64,000 bases of DNA from Candidatus Omnitrophota bacterium (GTDB lineage Bacteria > Omnitrophota > Gorgyraeia > Gygaellales > Profunditerraquicolaceae): NCBI GenBank assembly GCA_025453395.1, contig JALOQK010000001.1:166313-230312 (forward strand). Direction: 5' to 3'. This document shows, piece after piece, positions 56,301 to 62,300 of the stretch (positions within the stretch are counted from its first letter, which is position 1; each line of letters opens with the position of its first letter). The position numbers and the translations under genes were made by a program. The notes under the pieces were generated by a model that did not search any database, was not told where the DNA came from, and was given only the letters and a program-made list of their open reading frames with translations.

Positions 56301-59300
56301 TAAAGAACGCAATAGACAAAACCGTCTATTCTACATACGCGCAGAGCTTCTTTTAAAGCTGAATACTTGTCTTTGATATACTCCATCACCGCACTGCCAA
56401 AAATGACAACATCAAAACTGTTATCGGCAAAAGGAATGCCCTTTTCCATATCGTAGATAATCTGGCGGGATTTTAGCCTATTGATATATTCTTGGGCTTC
56501 TGAGACAGTAATTGCCATTCCCGTTTCGGAAAAATTATGGAATCTATCTTGCAGGTCTTCAGGATTACTATAAATTAGGTCTTCCTTTGCCAGCGCCGTA
56601 ATATCAACATTATTGCCGCAGGTTGCCATAAGCCCAAAAGCTTCAAATCCTCTCCCGGGACCGATCAATAACACTCTAACAACTCTCTGCCCTATAGAAA
56701 TTTTAATTGTCTGTATGTCCATTGTTATGTCGCCATCAAAAAGCATATTGAGGCCCCAAAAATCCCTATTAATATTTTTCTCGCAATCATATGGGTTCTT
56801 CCTCACCGTATCAACCAATCCATTTTTTTCGCCTTCTATTAACTTTCCTTCTATGCTCCCATCGGCAAAAAACCAGCCGAATTTGTGGCTTTCGTAAAGC
56901 GGATCTCTTACTCCGTCAAACGCCCGTGCCCCCAGATAATTCGGCCCCAGCCTGCCGCCAAAACCAAAACTAAAATCAATATCCGCAGGCGACGGCTGAT
57001 GATGAAAAAGCGGGCTTCCTGCCGCGCCTGTTACCTGCCCCCCGAGCGCGCCGCCGCGGTTCAAAAGGGTGCCTTTTTGGGGAACGTCCCCATTTCCATG
57101 CGCCGGGCTGTTTGCTTTCATTGCTTTAAAACGCCATGCAAACAGACTTAAGATATAATAAATTAAATTGCTGAAAACTGGGATGCGCTCGTTATAAGTA
57201 AAGGATATAAAAGCTATGCTGATAAAAAATATAACGGTATAAGCTAACATTCCAAATGCAGAAATATCCGATAAGCCGTCTGTATCAGCAAACGATCCGT
57301 AAACAATCGCCGCAAGTAAAGAGAAGATATTCAGTAGCGAAAAAATAATTTGTTCAAAATTGACAAAACGCGCTTGCGCTTTCACGGTAGATTTTACAGC
57401 CAATTGTGAAATAAAAGAAAACCGTACTTTTTCCGTATGTTTTCTCATTTGCCCAAAGATAAAATCATTAAGCGCGGGGCTTTCCTGAAAAAATATAAAA
57501 CGCGCCAAAAGCTCCTCAAGCTTATCTATCTGCTGTATTTCTTTGCTGAAAACCTGATCCATATAATAACCGGCCTCAAGCGGCATGCCGCAAGAAGCAA
57601 AATAAACAGCTAATACAAGCCAAGCCAAAGTTCCCTCATCAAAATAATTGAAGCGACGAATAATATTTTCATATCTGCTTTTCAACAGTTTATCCAGAAA
57701 AAGTGAAGCCATAGATTCTTCTGAAACATTCCCGATAACAGAGTTAGAAATAAGATTCTTAAATTCCTTTCTTTCCTGCATAGCCATATAAGCAACATGG
57801 TCACAAATAACAAGATTGCCCTGCGGATCAACAAAAAACATCATTTTGTCAAGGTCGCGCGCATGCTCCTGTATATCGGCAAAACTAAGCCGTAGGCTAT
57901 AGGATTCGTTCTTAACGGCATTACCTTGCCCGATGATACGATTAATAAATGTCTTTGTTTTTCCTAATCCATAAAAGTCTAAAGACCCCAAAGAAACAAC
58001 AAATAATAACAATTTTAATACCAAAGATGGAAAGCTGGGCCTTATCCCTAAACGCCAGGTCATATCATCTACTTCACGGCCTGTTTTATTGGCATAGCGG
58101 ACATTAAACATTAGTTTTATCTTTCCGCGGCGCGCCAGTTTATTCATTGTTTTTATAACCTCGGAAAGCTGCTTGCCTGTTTTTTCGCGCATCTCTTTTT
58201 CATGATATTCGTCCGCAGAAACAAGCCAAACCACATTCTTAGGGAATTGCGCGAAGAATTCTTTTGCTACTTTTATATCTTCGGGAACAAGATAAGCGTT
58301 TGTAACAATGCGCACAACCTCAATCCTTTGGGCGGCATAACGGACCACATCCAGAAAATCCCGGCTTACGCCGCCTTCAAAATATTTGTCCTTGCCATAA
58401 CAAAGCGGCTCTCCGGTGCCAACAATATGCACAAGCTTACATCCTCTTAACTGCTCAAAAAGCGAGTAGAGCGCTTCTTTAGGGACATCCCAAAAACCAC
58501 CTTCCTTACAGGCGCAAGCCGCCAAGCAATCCGCGCAATTAAAACAACATTTATAGGTAACCATAACATTAATATCTTCCGCCACGCGCCCATCCATAAT
58601 TGCATTAAGGATACGCAAAGCTATAGTCGCGGTGCCGATGCCGTTTTTGGACTTAAAAGAAAACGGTATTTTCAATAAAGATTCGTCCGAAGTTCCTACA
58701 GGATCAAGATCAGGTTTATTTCTCAAGGAAGGCCCGTATAGAAAAATTACAGCGATAATTACTAATAAAACAGGAAATAACAAGCATAAATAAAATGGGA
58801 ACGCCTGCCCCGGCGGAGCTGGAATATTCTGGGCAGTTAAAACCTGCCCCGCGCTAACTGCACCAACTAACGAAAGAAATAATGTAGCAATTACCGGCGG
58901 GATAAGATTTGTCATCGGCCTGCCGTGGGATTTCTTTTCATATCTTTGCTGAACCCTTAACAGCCTGCTTTGATACCCACGGACTTCCCCCATTGGTAAT
59001 GATTTCTCAAGTGAGGCCAAGCGAAATAATGCGTCCTTGCATAAACTTATTGCGGTTGCCGGACTTAATTTTTCTGTTTCTAAAGTAAGGATTTGCTCTT
59101 CAAGAATAAGGATACCGCTCTTTTCAACCTCTGCCTTTTTAATCTCTACCTCCGGCTTAATTGGTTGTTGCGCGGTAGGCTTTGGTAAAGGGTTCCTAAA
59201 ATGCTGCGCCTGATAAGGAAAATCTCGTTTTATCCTATCATCCGCGTCAGCCGGCCAATCATCCTGAAAGATCCATTCCGCGTTTTTTTCTAAATAGTTT

Positions 59301-62300
59301 TTTATTACCCGCAACACATTATTCTTTATATTTTCTCGCAACCCTGCTTCTTCGTGGATAGTTGGATTGAGCGCTTTGTAAATCTGGACTAAACTTTTAA
59401 CAGGATTATTAGCTTGTGGGTTGTTTATCTGCGCGCACCATAATAAAAGTTTACCTCTACCGCTATAACCTGGATCTGAAATATTGAGCAAACTTGTGAC
59501 TTTAAGCTTTAAAATAGCCGAAGCAGCCCTGGCCTTTTCTCTTTCCCGCGCCATTTCAATCGCGGCTTGAAGGCTTTGTTTTTTATCTTCCTGCCACTTT
59601 TGATATTGCGCGTATTCTCCCCAAGAACTATCCCGAGCATGAATAAACGCCAGCATTTCCACTGTTTGGGCTAAGGAATTTTTTGCTATTTCTAACTCTG
59701 GGATAAAAGCTTTTTCTAGATTAAGCGCGTCTATGTCCTTACGCGCCTGCGTTAATTCTTTTATCTTAATTTTAACTTCTTTATCAATAGTTGTATACCG
59801 CTGGTCAATAACCGCAATTACCCTATTAATGACACTAGACATTTCAACTTTAGACGCCGCAGACTGAAAAGAATATTCATTGCATAATTTACGGCACATC
59901 CCTGCGGCGCTTTGCATTGCTTTTATCACGCAAAGGTTTAATTCTACCAAAACCTTGCTCTCCATATTAAGCAAACTGCCGCGCAGGTATTTAGCTAACC
60001 AGCAGTCATAAGTAAGATAATTCAGAAGCCTCTCCTCGGGCGGGAGGCTTCTGAATAATCCCGGGATAAAATTGCGCGCTTTTTCTTTTATGTTTCCTTG
60101 CCCGTCTTCACATAAGCTGCCTGCGCCTGCTTGGTCAATTATATCTTTCGGGTTAACTGCCAAGGCATTCTCTACTTTAGAAATCAAAGGATCAAATTCC
60201 GGGAAAAATTCGCCTTCCTGCATTTTTGCTTTAATTTGCTCAAAAGGTAAACCTTCAATAAGCCAAGAGATAAACAAATCAAAGTCCTGCCGCAGTTTAT
60301 ATTCATAAATAAGCTTATCCCGCTCAACAATGATATTTTTCATAAGCCCAAGGCATACTGCGTATTTGTTTTCGCGCAGGCCATTTTCCTCAAGATGTTT
60401 TTTCAAGGTGCTCTCCACCAAATCAAACAAAAGCTTATTTTCTGCATATTTCGCGTTTTCCAAAAATTCCTGCACAATTTTCATTGGCACATGTTTACGC
60501 GGAATAACATTTAAAACCCGCTGACAAATTGCGGATACCCCTTGATTAAGCGCATCAAGAGAAATAAAACTATCCGCGCGCAAGGCGTCCAGCTCTGCGT
60601 ATGCCTTTTTAACGGCATTGACAATTTTTCCATTAATATTCTCTGCGTTCTGTATTTTGGCCCTTGAAGTATCGCTGTCGATTTTCTTGCACGCAAGAAA
60701 CTTGCCTGTATCTTCCCGGAACTTCTCGATCTGCGGAAGCCTTTGGAAATCTTTCGGAAACCTTTTAAGTATGTTCATTAATTGCGCCTCAAATTGCCCC
60801 AATGGTTCTAATCCCGAAAGCCCGGCCTTTAAATTTTCTAACTCTTGAGATAGAGCAGCTTTCTGCTCTTTCCGCAACTGCTGCGCGGGTTTTGATAAAG
60901 CCGCGTCTTGCCTTTGCTGTTCTGTCAACCGTATTGCGCGTAAAATACATTCATTGGTTTGATTTAATAAAGATTCTCTTAACTGCTTTATATCCGGATC
61001 GTCAGTTAAATGCTCCGGAATCTCTTTCTCTAAAACCTGCTGATAGAAAATTATGCTTTCCGGTTTATCAGAATTATGCCTGCGCATCCTTCGCATCGTA
61101 TCCTGTTTTTCCTGAAACGCCTTTTTCTCTGCCATTTGTTTTTCATTTTGCGGCGCCTGAAGTATTCGAAGCAGACTTTTGCCGATACCCAACCGGGATA
61201 ATCTGCCAATCGCGCAATTAATCAAGGCTGAAACATTAAATACCTTTGCGCCAAGGCTCAAAATACCCACAGATAAAACAAAAGCCAGTAATTTAGAAGG
61301 GATAAATATAAAAGCTGCTGTAGCCGCAGATAAGAAAAATATTATAAAACCGAAAGATATAGCCTGCTCTTTTCCTGCGGAACAGGTTTGCTTAAAATCT
61401 TCCCAAAAAGTTTTTAAATCACAGGCGCATACTTGCCAGATTAATAATAGGCTGGCTGCGGCGCCTGTACTGATTAAAATACTTGCGTTATCGCTATACT
61501 CAAAAACGTTTTTAAGGGCTGTTCCTAAAATCACAGTTATTGCTAAAACAAAAAGCACAAAAATTAATTGCCCTTGGGAAAAGGCTTTATCAGAAATATC
61601 CTGACCGGCTTTCCGGTTTAATTTACCATATGCTGCAGCAATATTTATGATTTCCTGCCTGCACGCTAAAGCATGTTTATTGTTCAGCCTTAACAACTCC
61701 CCTAATTTAGATTTTGACAAATCCCTATCTCTCGCATTTTCCCCTTTAGCTAATAATATTAAGATCCTTACTGCTTCATATGTTCCGATAAGAGTTAAAC
61801 ATCTTATAATTGCTGAACGTTCTTCCTCGTTTATCTTCGGCCATAATCCGGCGGTTTTATCCACCCTTAACCTCTGCGCTAAGGCATAAAGGGCAAGAAT
61901 ATAGCTTTTTGATGAAGGCTCAAACCTCTTATCTATTTTTAAAAGCATCGCGTCAACTGCTTTATCAGGTTCTCCCAGCTCAATTATCTTTATTACTCTG
62001 ATGACTTCATCCGGCTTGGCTTTTTCCTCTTCCAATACGGAAATAAGCTGCAACTTTGCCAATTCCGCGATCCTGGGGCTATCAGGATAAGCCTTTAATG
62101 CTTCAAAGGCAGCTTGGCTTGATTCATCCTCTACTGATGCGGCCAATTCTATAACAGAAGCCAACGCCTCTTCTATCCCCATGGCAAGAAGGCCAGAAAT
62201 TAAAAATGATTTTTCCTGCTCTGTATTACAAAGCTTGACGCGAGAAATGAATTTATCTACATAACACAATTTATCCTGCTGGGGCATATTCTTTAAAATA

